Source: Amoebophrya sp. A120
Lineage: Eukaryota; Protista; Dinoflagellata
NCBI GenBank assembly: GCA_905178155.1
Contig: CAJINV010000002.1
Location: 12,964,480 to 13,028,479 of the forward strand
Reading direction: 5' to 3'
Length of the DNA stretch: 64,000 nt
This document shows positions 1 through 11,700 of this stretch, piece after piece. Each line of letters begins with the position of its first letter. Positions within the stretch are counted from its first letter, which is position 1. The position numbers were made by a program, and so were the translations under genes. The notes beneath the pieces are model-generated. The model did no database searches and was not told the DNA's origin. It worked only from the letters and a program-made list of their open reading frames with translations.

Positions 1-333
1 TGAAGGTCAGGGAAATGGCCAGAAATGAAGCGGGAGAAGGGAAAAAAAGCGGACCAGATGGGAAAATGGCCAGGAGGTCAAAAATGTCGCAAAAATGGGA
101 GAAACCAAGCGGGAGAAGGTGAAAAAAGAGCATTTTTGCGGTTTGGCCCACTTGATATCTGAAAAAGACACGGACTATTTTTTGCTCCGCCCGCTGGCCA
201 GCTGCGTTGGAGAAGCAGGCCCGCGACCTGTCCGGAAGCCTTGGGCCGCTTCGTAACTGGAAAAAGTTGGAAAAAAATGGCCAAAATTTGCTTTATAACG
301 TGGGCGGAAGCAATCGTCGGATTTTGCCCAGAT

Positions 334-660
334 CACCCGGGCCACTGGGAAAATGAAAAAAGATGAAAAATTGCGCAAAAGCGCAATCCCTCCGCAGGCT
401 TCAAAACTGCCAGTCAGATGCGGGCGGTAAAAATGTCCAGGTCGCCCGGGCCACTTGGAAAATGAAAAGCGATGAAAAATTGCGCAAAAGCGCAATCCCT
501 CCGCAGGCTTGAAAACTGCCAGTCAGATGCGGGCGGTAAAAATGTGCAGGTCGCCCGGGCCACTTGGAAAATGCAAAAAGATGAAAAATTGCGCAAAAGC
601 GCAATCCCTCCGCAGGCTTCAAAACTGCCAGTCATCTGCGGGCGGTGAAAATGTGCAGAG
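334..660. repeat. Three tandem copies of a 109-bp unit
   Basis: GATGAAAAATTGCGCAAAAGCGCAATCCCTCCGCAGGCTT recurs at 362, 471 and 580. Confidence 0.9.
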
Positions 661-938
661 CCCTTCGGCCACCTAAGAACCAGAAAAAAGAGCGAAAATT
701 GAAAAAAATCGAGAACCCTCGGCAGGCTTACAAACTGGCCGCCAAGGGCGGTCCGGCGGGCGCGCGCTTGCGCCGTACCATCGCGATTGGGAAAAAAATA
801 ACGCACTACAAGCGGGCGGAGGCATGTCCCAAAATCCCGATTTGGCCGGGGTTGTGAGCACCAATTCGGGACCTCCGCCGCGTCTGAAATGGCCGATTTT
901 GGTTGCCCGGAAGGGTTCGCGGGTTTTCGGCTTTCCGC

Positions 939-1178
939 ATACCTTCCTGGCCAGGGGGCCAGTTTGTCACGCAGGGGGCTAGAGAGGATGCCCCGCTGCG
1001 AAATAGCAGACCGGATTTCGCCTTCAATGCTTATCGAAGGAGCGGCCCTAAAGGGCCGCGGGCAACTACTGCGAAGCAGGTGGATCGCTCCTGCGATAAG
1101 CTTTGAATGCGAATCCGGAAGCCCTCGATGACCCAGATACCTTCCTGGCCAGGGGGCCAGTTTCTCATGCAGGGGGCT
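939..1178. repeat. 42-bp direct repeat pair, 198 bp apart
   Basis: ATACCTTCCTGGCCAGGGGGCCAGTTT(G/C)TCA(C/T)GCAGGGGGCT at 939 and 1137. Confidence 0.8.
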
Positions 1179-1221
1179 TGCAGAAGAAGGAGTGGGACTG
1201 TAATCAAAAATAAATAGCGCC

Positions 1222-1248
1222 AAAGCGCGGCCCGCAGGGCCGCGCTTT
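1222..1248. repeat. Perfect 12-bp GC-rich hairpin
   Basis: AAAGCGCGGCCC-GCA-GGGCCGCGCTTT. Confidence 0.75.
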
Positions 1249-1370
1249 CGCCGCGCGGCTGGTTAGGCTTTCGCGCTGATTAGAATTTCGCGCACGCATT
1301 TGGTTACCAATATCGCCCTCCGGGCGCGACCTTCATATATTTCAACCTTACGGCTTTTTGCCGATTGCCT

Positions 1371-1542
1371 CCTCACGGAAATAAAAAAGAACTCTTTTTA
1401 AATCTCACGGAAATAAAAAAGAATTATTTTTCCACTTGTTTCAGATATTTTGTAAATCTCACGGAAATCTCACGGAAATGATAAAGAATAATTCGGAGCT
1501 TCTCTGGAGCTCTTCCATACCCAGACATTTTTACATTTGATA
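1371..1542. mobile_element. Right end of a TIR introner (non-canonical intron); left end not in window
   Basis: The reverse complement of 1510-1542 (TATCAAATGTAAAAATGTCTGGGTATGGAAGAG) matches the left TIR at 30247-30279 at 30/33 nt. It is preceded by short AT-rich CTCACGGAAAT repeats, and the coding frame begins right after it. Confidence 0.8.
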
Positions 1543-4500
1543 TCTTCGGCAGCTCCTTCTCCTTGCGCTCCACTCTGAAAATGGGCAGTCTCTGCAGCGT
1601 GTTCTCACGGGCGTCGTTGGGAAGCAGCATGTCCGTTCTTGAGGCAGCTCGTTTGGGCAGCTCGCTCAGCATCCGCGCCTTCACCCGCATGGGTTCGCTG
1701 GCCTCGGTCTGCAGCCGCACGGATATCGGACTGCAGCTCTCCATCCTCGATGGGGTCTGCTTGGGAAGCTCGTTGTCGGTTCGCAACCGTGCAGCGAAGA
1801 TGCACGACCGGCTTTCGGTCTTCGATGCGCACAGCCTCGGGTCCGCCCTGAGTCTGCGATCGTTCGTGCGTCTCGGCTCGAGCCTGTCAGTGGTCAACGA
1901 CTACCGCCACTCTGGCGCATCTACGGTGACGACGGCCGCGGTGAGTGTGGGCGGAAAGACTCGCTTGGGCGATCGCTTGTCGGTCCTCGAGCAGATTGAG
2001 CTCGGTTCTTCGCTTTCCGTACGGTGTTTCGCGAAGTTCGGCAGTGCGCTGTCCATCCTGGACTTCTCGGTGCTCGGCTCCAGCCTGTCGTTGCGCGGGT
2101 ACAACAGATTTGGGTCGTCCATGTCCATCTTCACCGACACCAAGCTCGGAATGGACCAGTCGGTCATGTCGCAAATCATGGTCGGAAGCTCTCTCTCGTT
2201 GCGCAGCTTTGCCCGCAGCGGCGCCCGGATTTCTGTGGTGGACTTCCTGCACCTGGGATCGTCCATGTCGCTTCGCGGTGCGTTTGCGCGCTTAGGCGAG
2301 TGCTTGTCGGTCCTCGACTCGGTCGCGCTCGGCAGCGCTTTGTCTCTGCGCGGCTACATGCGTCTCGGCAGCTCCTACAGCACCGCCGGCGTCCCGCACA
2401 AGTCGATGGGCACGCACCTGTCGATCCTCAGCTTCGTTTCCCTTGGGTCGTCGCTTTCGCTCCGGCGGTACGCGAACTTTGGTTCCTGCTGCTCGGTGCT
2501 CGACAGCGTCTCCCTGGCCTCCTCGCTCTCTCTCCGCAATTACGCACGGGTTGGTAGCGGTTTGTCGGTGGTCGCGCCGCACTCGCGGTTGTCCTCTCGA
2601 CTTTCCGTCTTCGACTTCATGAGTGTCGGGTCCAGTTTCTCGCTGCGCAACCTCGCTCGCCTCGGTTGCGAGGTATCCATTCTCCACGCCGTCACGCTGG
2701 GCAGCTCCGTTTCGCTGCGGTCCTACGTGCGCATGGGAAGCAGTTTGAGTCTTCTCGACTTCTTCAACATGGGCAGCAGTTTGAGTTTGCGAGCCGTCGG
2801 CCGCGCCGGCCTGGGAATGTCGATTCTCGACGGGGTCTGCCTGGGCAGCTCGCTGTCGGTTCGCAGCGTCGGTCGCCTCGGCCAGAACGTTTCCATTCTC
2901 GACATGACTGTACTCGGAAGCAGTCTGAGCTTGCGCAGCGCGTCCGCCCGGATTGGCAGCGCGATGTCTGTTTTGGGCATCATGCGGAACCTGGGTAGCG
3001 TGTACCGCATGAGTGTGATCGACTTCTGCCAGCTCGGATCCAGCTTATCGATTCGACAATTCGTGCAGGCGGGCAGCCGCTCGTCGATCTGCGACTACCT
3101 GACTCTCGGCAGCTCCATTTCCGTGCGAAACTTTGCCCGCGTGGGGAGCGGCTTCTCTGTGACTGAGAGTCTGCGCATGCGCGGCGACGTGTCTCTATTG
3201 AGCTTTGCAATCCTGGGGAGCAGCTTCAGTGTCCGGTCCTTCCAGCGTATGTCGAGCACCTGCTCTGTCATTGAGTACCTGCAGCTTGGATCCTCGCTGA
3301 GCTTGCGCAGCCTCGCGCGGTTTGGCAGCAACATGAGTGCCCTGGACTTTGTCCACATCGGCAGTCTCTGCTCCCTCCGCGGGTTCGCTCGATTGGGTAG
3401 CACCTTATCGGTGCTCGGGACTCTGCGGAACCTGTGCGGCAACTCCATGTCCGTACTTGATGCCGTGTACTGTGCTAGCACTCTCAGCGTGCGCGCCAAG
3501 ACGGTCTTCGGCAGCCGGCTCTCAGTGCTGAATTGCGCGGTGCTGGGAAGCTCGCTGTCCGTCCGCTCGCACGTGACGCTTGCCCAGGCCAGCCAGGGCA
3601 TGTCAGTCCTCGACTTCGTGTCCTTCGGCAGTTCTCTCAGCCTCCGTGCGTACGGTCGCCTGGGAAGCGCGATATCCATCCTGGACTTCGCGAACACCGG
3701 TAGCTCCTACAGTTGCCGCGGCTTCGTGCGACTGAACAGCCGCTTGAGTCTGCTCGGTTTGTGCCAGAACATCGGCAGCTGCTACCGACTTTCCGTGCTC
3801 GACCAGTTCCACTTGGGCAGTTCGCTCAGTGTGCGGTCGATCACCAGGATGGGCAGCTGCATTTCGGTTCTGGACATGTCCAACTACGGCAGCGCCATGA
3901 GCTTGCGCGCGGTTGCGAGATGCGGTAGCTCCGTCTCGATTCTCACACGCATGCGGCTCGGCGGCTCCTGCTCGACGCTCGACTACGTGTGCATCGGTAG
4001 CAGCGTTTCCCTGCGGAGCTACGCACGCTGCGGGTCCGCGACCAGTATCCTCAATTTCGTGCACTGCAGCTCGTCGCTTTCCATCCGTGCGCACACCAAG
4101 CTCGGCAGTTCGCATTCGATCGTGGGCGTCATACAGAGCAGCAAAACTGTCTCCGTTCTGGACTTCCTCCTGCTCGCCTCCAGCCTGTCAGTACGAAAAT
4201 CCACTTCCTGCGGAAGTGCGTTCTCGGTTCTCGACGCGGTGCAGTTTGGCTCCAGTTTGAGTATTCGCAGCTTTGTGCGCAGCGCCTCCGCCATGTCGAT
4301 CCTGAACTTCTCGACCTGCGGCTCCGCACTGTCCATCCGCCAGTTCGTCCGCATCGGCAGCTCGTTCAGCGCGACCGGCCAGATCCAGGAACGGCTGCTC
4401 TTCGGGCAGCATGTCTCCATCCAGGACCAGACCCACTTCGGCAGCACCTTGTCGTTGCGTAACTGCGGTCGGTTCGGCTCCGCCATGTCGGTTATCAACT

Positions 4501-5762
4501 TCATCGCGCTGTCCTCGAGTCTGTCCCTCCGCGGGCACGTCCGCGTCGGGAGCACCTGCAGTGTCTTTGGCAAGGGCCGCGTCGGCTCCCTCTTCGCGGT
4601 TTCCGTTGTCGGGTTCCAGCACGTGGGCTCCAGCATGTCGCTGCGGCGGCGCGCCGAACTGGGCTCAAGGTTCTCCGTGATCGACCAACTCAACCTGGGA
4701 AGCTGCCTCTCCTTGCGCACCTACTCGCGGCTGGCCTCAGTCGCCTCGGTGATTGGGCGCACGCAGGTGGACCAACTGATTTCGGTGCTGAACTTCGGCG
4801 AATTTGGCTCCTCGGTGTCCCTGAGGCAGTTTGCGCCCGTGGGCAGTCGCGTCAGCGTCGTGGACTTTCTGTCGCTCGGCTCGTCGCTGTCCGTACGGTC
4901 GGTGTCGCGGTTCGGCAGCGCCCTGTCTGTGCTTGATGCGGCGAGCTTGAGCAGCAGCTTGTCCGTCCGCACCTATTTCCGGGCGGGCAGCGCCTTCTCC
5001 ATTCACGGTCTGCAGTTATTGAACAGCGTGAAGAAGATGAGCGTGATCGCGGCCACAACGCTGGGATCGTCGCTGTCGGTGCGCTGCTTCACGAGCTGCG
5101 CAGCCCGCATGTCGATCCTGGAGAACAGCCACTTGGGTTCTTCCCTGTCGCTCCGGCAGTACTGCCGCATTGGCAGCACCATGTCGCTGCACGGCGTCCA
5201 GTTTATCGGCAGCTGCGCGCAGACCTCCATCATGCACAAGGTCTTCCTCGCGTCAAGCATGTCGTTGCGCACCTTTGGGCGGTGCGGGAGCTTCATGAGC
5301 GTGTTGGATAACGTGCACATGGGCTCGTCGCTCTCCGTGCGCTCCCAGATGCGGTTCGGTTCGAACTTCTCGGTGCTGAACTTCGTGCAGATGGGAAGCT
5401 CCCTGTCGGTCCGCAGGATGTGCAAGCTCGGCAGCACGTCTTCCATCTGCTGCTTCGCGTCGATGGGATCGACCCTGAGTCTGCGAAGCACGGTGAAGTG
5501 CGGCTCCCGAACCTCCATCCTGAACATGGTGCACCTCGCGTCCGCTTTGTCCATCCGCAACTTTGTGCGGACCGGCAGCGCATTCTCCGTGCACGGCACC
5601 ACGCGGGTCGGCTCGCTCGTGAAGCTTTCGATCGTGCACATGTTCGAGACGGGGAGCACCTTCTCCGTTCGCGGCATGAACCGATTGGGACAAAACATGT
5701 CTGTGTTCGACTACGTCGCCTTCAGCAGCAACCTCTCCATTCGGCAGTTCGCGCGGTGCGGA
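1543..5762 (+). CDS. First visible exon of the giant repeat protein (internal exon, not the gene start)
   Basis: The repeat frame FGSSFSLRSTLKMGS starts immediately after an introner right end at 1542. The ORF track's TTG start at 1563 falls mid-repeat. Confidence 0.88.
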
Positions 5763-8700
5763 TATCCAATGCAAATATGTCTGGGTCTGCATGAGCGGCG
5801 CAAGGCAATTACTACTTTAAGCACTTTTGAACATCTACACGAAAAACTATTATCCTGTATCGCCAAAATATTTTGAAATATTTTCAAAATACGGCCAAAA
5901 TATTTTCAAAATACTGTGAAAATATTCCCAAAATATTCCCAAAAAATTTTGCAAAAACGCAGTTGTGTGCCAGCACTCATCCAGACCCAGACACTTTTGC
6001 ATTTCATAGCGGAAGCTCCATGTCAGTAGCGAACACACAGATGATTGGCGCTAGCAGACTGACGGTTCTGGACATGCTGAACATCGGCAGCTCTGTCTCG
6101 TTACGCGCTTGCTCGCGTCTGGGCTCCCGGTTCTCGGCGCTCAACTTCGTCAACCTCGGTTCGAGCCTCAGCGCACGAAACGTGATCCGGTTTGGAATGG
6201 AACTGTCCGTGCTGGATTACGTGAGCCTGGGCAGCAGCTGTTCGTTGCGCAGCTATCAACGGGCTGGCTCCATGCTGTCGATTCTCGAGATCGCGGCCTT
6301 CGGCTCGTCGCTTTCCGTGCGCCAGTTCGCGCGCGTGGGCAGCGGCTTCAGTGTGCACTCGCTCGTGAAGCAGGTGGGCAGTTGCTACAAATTGTCCATG
6401 CTCGAGCAGCTGCACATCGCGAGCAGCTTCTCTCTCCGCGACCGCATGTACCTGGGCAACAAACTGTCCGTCCTCGACTACGTGCAGTGCGGCTCCAGCA
6501 TGAGCGTCCGGCGCTTCACGCGGTTTGGCTCCGGTGTTTCGATGCTCAGCCAGACGCGCCAGAACGACCGACTCTCCGTCCTCGTTTCCGCCACGCTCGG
6601 CTCTTCCTTGAGTTTGCGTGGGGTTGCGAGGTTTGGGTCCCGACTCTCGGTACTCGACTGCTTCAACCTGGCGAGCGCCCTCTCCCTGCGGCAATACATG
6701 CGCGTCGGAAGCAGCTGCAGCACGGCCGGCCAGATTCGGTACGCGAAGAACTTCCGGTTCCACACCTCAGTGATCGACCAGCTGCAGCTGGGCAGCAGCA
6801 TGAGTGTCCGATCCTTCGTGCGCTCAGGTTCCGCTGTCTCTATTCTGGACTTTGTCGGTTTGTCGAGCGCACTGTCGCTTCGACAACACGTGCGGGCCGG
6901 CTCCGGCGTGTCCATTTTCGGGAAATTCCGGTTGGCCAATAAAGCCTCGGTGCTGGGGTACCTGCATCTCGGCTCCAGCATGTCGATGCGGTCTTTCGCC
7001 CGGATTGGCAGCATCACGTCGGTGTTGGATGCGGTCCACCTGGCATCCGCCCTTTCCATCCGCCAACTTACCCGACTCGGTAGTTCGCTCTCGGTTTCGA
7101 GTGTCACGCAGTCCGTCGGATGCCGCATGATGTCTGTTCTGGGGTACAGCAGCATGGGTAGCAGCTGCTCGCTGCGAAGCTACAGTCGGATGGGCAGTCA
7201 GTTCAGCTTGTTGTCCTTCCTGCAAACGGCGTCGTCGCTGTCGCTCCGCCAGTACCTGCGCTGCGGGTCCTCCGCGAGCATGTTCGGCCAGTTGCGCGTG
7301 AATCCCGTCGCGTCTGTGATCTCGCAGGCACATTTGGGTTCCGCGCTCTCAGTCCGACGTCACGTGAAGTTCTCCGAGGCTATGTCCGTTTTGGACTTTG
7401 TCGCGTGCGGCAGCTCACTGTCGCTCCGCAACTTCCTCCGGATCGGTAGCAACCTGAGTGTGAAGGGCTTGCAGCACTTCGGCGACGAGGGCATGTTCAG
7501 CCTGTCGGTGATTCGCATGACGCACTTGGGCTCGTCACTCTCCCTTCGCTCGTACCTGCGCATGGGCAGCAAGTTCTCCGTGCTGGACGCGACGAACGTG
7601 GGCTCGTCGGTGTCGTTGCGCCAGTATATCCGGTGCGCTTCATCGGCAAGTATGTTTGGCGCGCTGCGCGTCCCGGGCAGCCTGTCGATCATCTCCCACA
7701 CGCAATTGGGCTCCGCTCTTTCCGTTCGCGCCCACGGGCGGGCTGCCAGCAAGATGAGTCTGTTCGATTTCGTCTCCCTGGGTTCCGGCCTGTCCATCCG
7801 GACGTCGCTGCGCATCGGCTCCGCGCTGAGCTGCAGTGGTGTGTTCCGCTTCGGCTCGCTGCACACGCTCTCCTGCGGCGCCTCTGCGGTGCTGGCGCAA
7901 GACTGCAGTATCACGTGCCGATCCAACCTGGTGAACGGTTTGTCTGTCTTCGGGTACCTGCACGCCGCCAGCACGCTCTCCATGCGAGGTCCGGCCAGCT
8001 TCGGGAACCGGCTCTCCGTGATGGAGGAAGCCCACATGGGTTCCGCCATGTCCATCCGGAGCATGACGCGCCTGGGTAGCTGCATGTCTATGGCGGGCGG
8101 TATCGTGATTCCGAAAGAATTCTCCGTGACCATGGCGTGCTTTATGGGTTCTTCACTTTCCATGCGGAGCTTCGTGCGTATGCAGCGGGTCAGTTTCCTG
8201 GACTTCATGCACCTCGGTAGCGCCATTTCCGTCAGAAGCGCTATGCGTCTCGCTTCCGGCATCAGCTGCTACGGGCGCCCGAACGACAAACTCTTCAAGG
8301 GCGGCTCCACGGGATTATCGTTGCTCACCTGCGCGCACCTCGGTAGCTCCATGTCGCTGCGGCAGACCGCAAAAGCGAAGTTGCAGTCCACCCTCTCCGT
8401 GTTGGACTTTGTGCACCTCTCGTCTGCGGTCTCCGTCCGCCAGTTCTTCCGGGTTGGCAGCACGGTCTCTGTTCAACAGCTCGTGCGGTCGTCCGAGAAG
8501 CTTTCGGTGCTGGGCATGACCATGCTCGGTTCCTCACTCTCGGTGCGTAGCTTGGTCCGCGTTGGGTCCTCGCGTCCGCGCGGCAACTGCTCGGTCCTCG
8601 ACTGCCTGAACCTCGGGAGCAGTCTCTCTCTGCGAACCACGGTGGAACTCGGTAGCATGGCATCCGTGCTGAACTTCGCGTTCCTCGGCAGTACCATCTC

Positions 8701-11700
8701 GCTCCGCCATCACATTCGCATGGGATCCGCCTTCTCTTGCTGCGCGGCTCGCATCTACCTGGGCAGCTCGATCTCGATGTTGGACAGCCACCACGTTGGC
8801 AGCTCGCTGTCGTTGCGGAACTTCGTTCGCATGGGGAGTAACATCTCGATCGTGGGCGCCTCTGCGCGCAGTGGGACCAACTTGAGTGTGCTGAATTACG
8901 TCAATCTGTCGTCCTCCTTCTCCGTCCGGTCCTTCGCACGCTTCGGCAGCAATGCCTCCGTGCACATCTACGCCGATATGGGTTCGACCCTGTCGCTCCG
9001 GAACATGCTTCGCATGGGCAGCACGTTCAGTTGTTTCACTTCTGGTGGAAAGCAGCTGACCGGGCTGGGTGGTAGTTTGAGCGTGATGGACGCAACCATT
9101 CTCGGTTCCGCACTGTCATTGCGCGGGCAGCACACGAACCTCGGCATGGACCTCTCCCTTTTAACGTTCGCGAACTTCGGATCCACCCTGTCTTTGCGCC
9201 ACTCGCTCCGGACGGGTATGAAGGGCAGTGTGATGGATTTCATGCACCTCGGGTCGATCCTGTCTCTGCGAAACTACTGCCGCGTTGGGTCCAGCTTCTC
9301 CGCGTGCAGGCAAGGAACACTTGCAGCTGAGTTCTCGATTTTGAACCAAGTCAGACTGGGCTCCACCCTTTCCGTTCGACAGATCGGTAGATTCGGTGCG
9401 GCCTTGTCCGTACTGGATGCAGTCAGCCTTGCGAGTTGCTTCTCCGTTCGCTCGACGATGAATCAGCGGGGCGAGAAAATGGCCTTCTCCGTGACCAATC
9501 TGGTGAACATGGGTAGCAGTCTGTCCGTACGACAATTCGTCCGCGTGGGCAGCAGCTGCAGCGTCCGCGGACTGTTCCAGACACACATGGGTTCCGTGTT
9601 CAATCTGTCCGTTATCCAGCAGGCCGAGCTCGGGTCCTCTTTGAGTATCCGCAACGTGTTCCGGGCTGGATCCGCGACTTCGGTGATGCAATGGGCGGCC
9701 ATTGGCTCCGTCCTCTCGCTCCGATCGTGCGCTCGTCTCGGCAAAAACACCAGCGTGCTCGACTACGTCAGCCTCGGATCCGTGCTGTCCGTCCGCGCTA
9801 TGGTGCGCACCGGCTCGAACATGAGTTGCTTCGGCCTGTTCCGCTGCAGCTCGCTTGGCACGCTTTCCGTGGTGCATATGTCGCGTGTGGCGAGCTCCCT
9901 AAGTCTCCGTAACCACGTGCGTTTAGGCGACCGGTGCTCGGTGTTTGACCTGATGATGCTGGGCAGCAGCATGTCTATGCGGCAGTTCTCGCGGCTGGGC
10001 AGTTCCATGACAGTTACCGGCATGACCACTATTGGGTCTCTCCAGAGTTACAGTGTGATTGCCTTCACGCACCTCGGTAGCAGCCTATCCGTTCGCACAC
10101 ACAGCCGGCTGGGCAAATCTCTTTCGGTGCTCGACGCGGCCTCCCTCGGGTCGACCGTGTCGCTCCGCAGCTTCGCTCGAGCGGGCAGCATCATCAGCTG
10201 CATCGACTTTATCAACATGGCCAGCAGCATCAGCGTCAGAACTTTCAATCGCGTAGGAAGTGCGCTGTCCGTCTTCAGCAGCACGAAGGCCGGCGCCACG
10301 CTGAGTATGATCGAAACGATCTACCTCGGGTCCTCCATCTCGGTCCGCTCCACGGCGCGACTGGGCTCTGCGCTGTCGTCGATGAACTTCCTGGTCACCG
10401 GCTCGTCCCTGAGTCTCAGGTCCTTCGTGCGCGCTGGCAGCAGCATGTCGGTTTGCGGGGTGAGCTGGCTGTCTTCGATCCACAAACTCTCCGTCGTGGA
10501 CCAGCTTACGATCACCTCCACGCTGTCTGTGCGCAGCCACGCACGCCTGGGATCCGCCTGCTCCGTTCTGAACTTCGTGCACCTGGGCTCGGCAGTTTCC
10601 CTCCGGGGCTACAGTCGCTGCGGCTCGGGCGTCTCGCTCCACGGTACAGGGAAGTGCGGCGCGAAGCTCTCCGTCCTCGATTGCCTCAATCTGGGGAGCT
10701 CGCTCTCAGTTCGCGGGAGGCGTGGAGTCGTGGGCAACTTCTCGCTGTTGAACTTCGTGAATGCCGGCTCCAGCTTGTCTCTGCGATCCTACGCTCGAGT
10801 CGTCGAGCTGTCCGTGATGTCTTTCACGCATCTCGGGTCCAGCGTGTCGTTGCGCCGGGCCGTGCCCCTCGGGTCCGCGCTGTCCGTGTTGAACTTCGTC
10901 CAACTCGGCAGCTGTCTGAGTACACGCACCTACACCCGTCTCGGCAGTGTCTTCTCCGTTTCGAGTAAATTCAACGCCGGAGAAACCCTGAGCGTTTTGC
11001 AATCAGTTCATCTCGGCTCCAGCATGTCCTGCCGAAACTACATGCGTTTGGGCGCGAACTTGAGTATCTTCGACTTTGTCAATTGCGGCAGCAGTCTGTC
11101 CCTGCGAAACTTCGCTCGTGTTGGATCCAACATGACGGTGATTGGCTTCACCAGTGTGGGAAGCGCGCTGCGAGTGTCCATCCTGGAGTTTACCCACCTC
11201 GCGTCCTCGTGCTCCCTGCGCAGCTTCAGTCGCATGCAGGACTCGTGCAGCATACTGGACTATTCGCAGTACGCCAGTTCCCTGTCCCTCCGGGCCGCGG
11301 CCCGCTTCGGCAGTTCCCTCTCGTTGCATAAGTCCCTCCGGTTGAACAGCCATTTAAGCGTCGTGGACGCGGTGGCCCTCGGTAGTTCTCTCTCTCTTCG
11401 TGCCAGCTGGAAGGCGTCCAGCCGACTTTCCGTCTTGGACTGCTTCCACTGCGGGAGCGCGTTGTCGTTGCGATCGGTCATGCAGTGCGGCATGAGCGCC
11501 AGTGTGCTGGATTACGTGAACCTCGGGTCCACGCTGTCCCTCCGCGGATGCGCTCGGCACACGGGCATGTACTCGCTCCTCGACATGTACGCCTCCGGCT
11601 CCTCCATCTCTTGTAGGAGCTTCGGGCGGTTCGGGTCCAACCTGAGTGTGAAGGGAACGGTCACGCTGGCGTCGATCATCGCGGTTTCTGTAATCGGCTC

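Noticed and set aside
1222-1340. Helitron-like 3' end or rho-independent terminator
   Set aside because: No CTRR terminus at the expected distance, and the context is eukaryotic. Kept only as a hairpin.
5763-6013. ORF-track C-terminus YPMQICLG...KIF and N-terminus MKYFQNTAKIF... suggesting two separate genes or a programmed frameshift
   Set aside because: These are read-through translations of the introner. TIR, TSD and exact frame restoration explain the junction.
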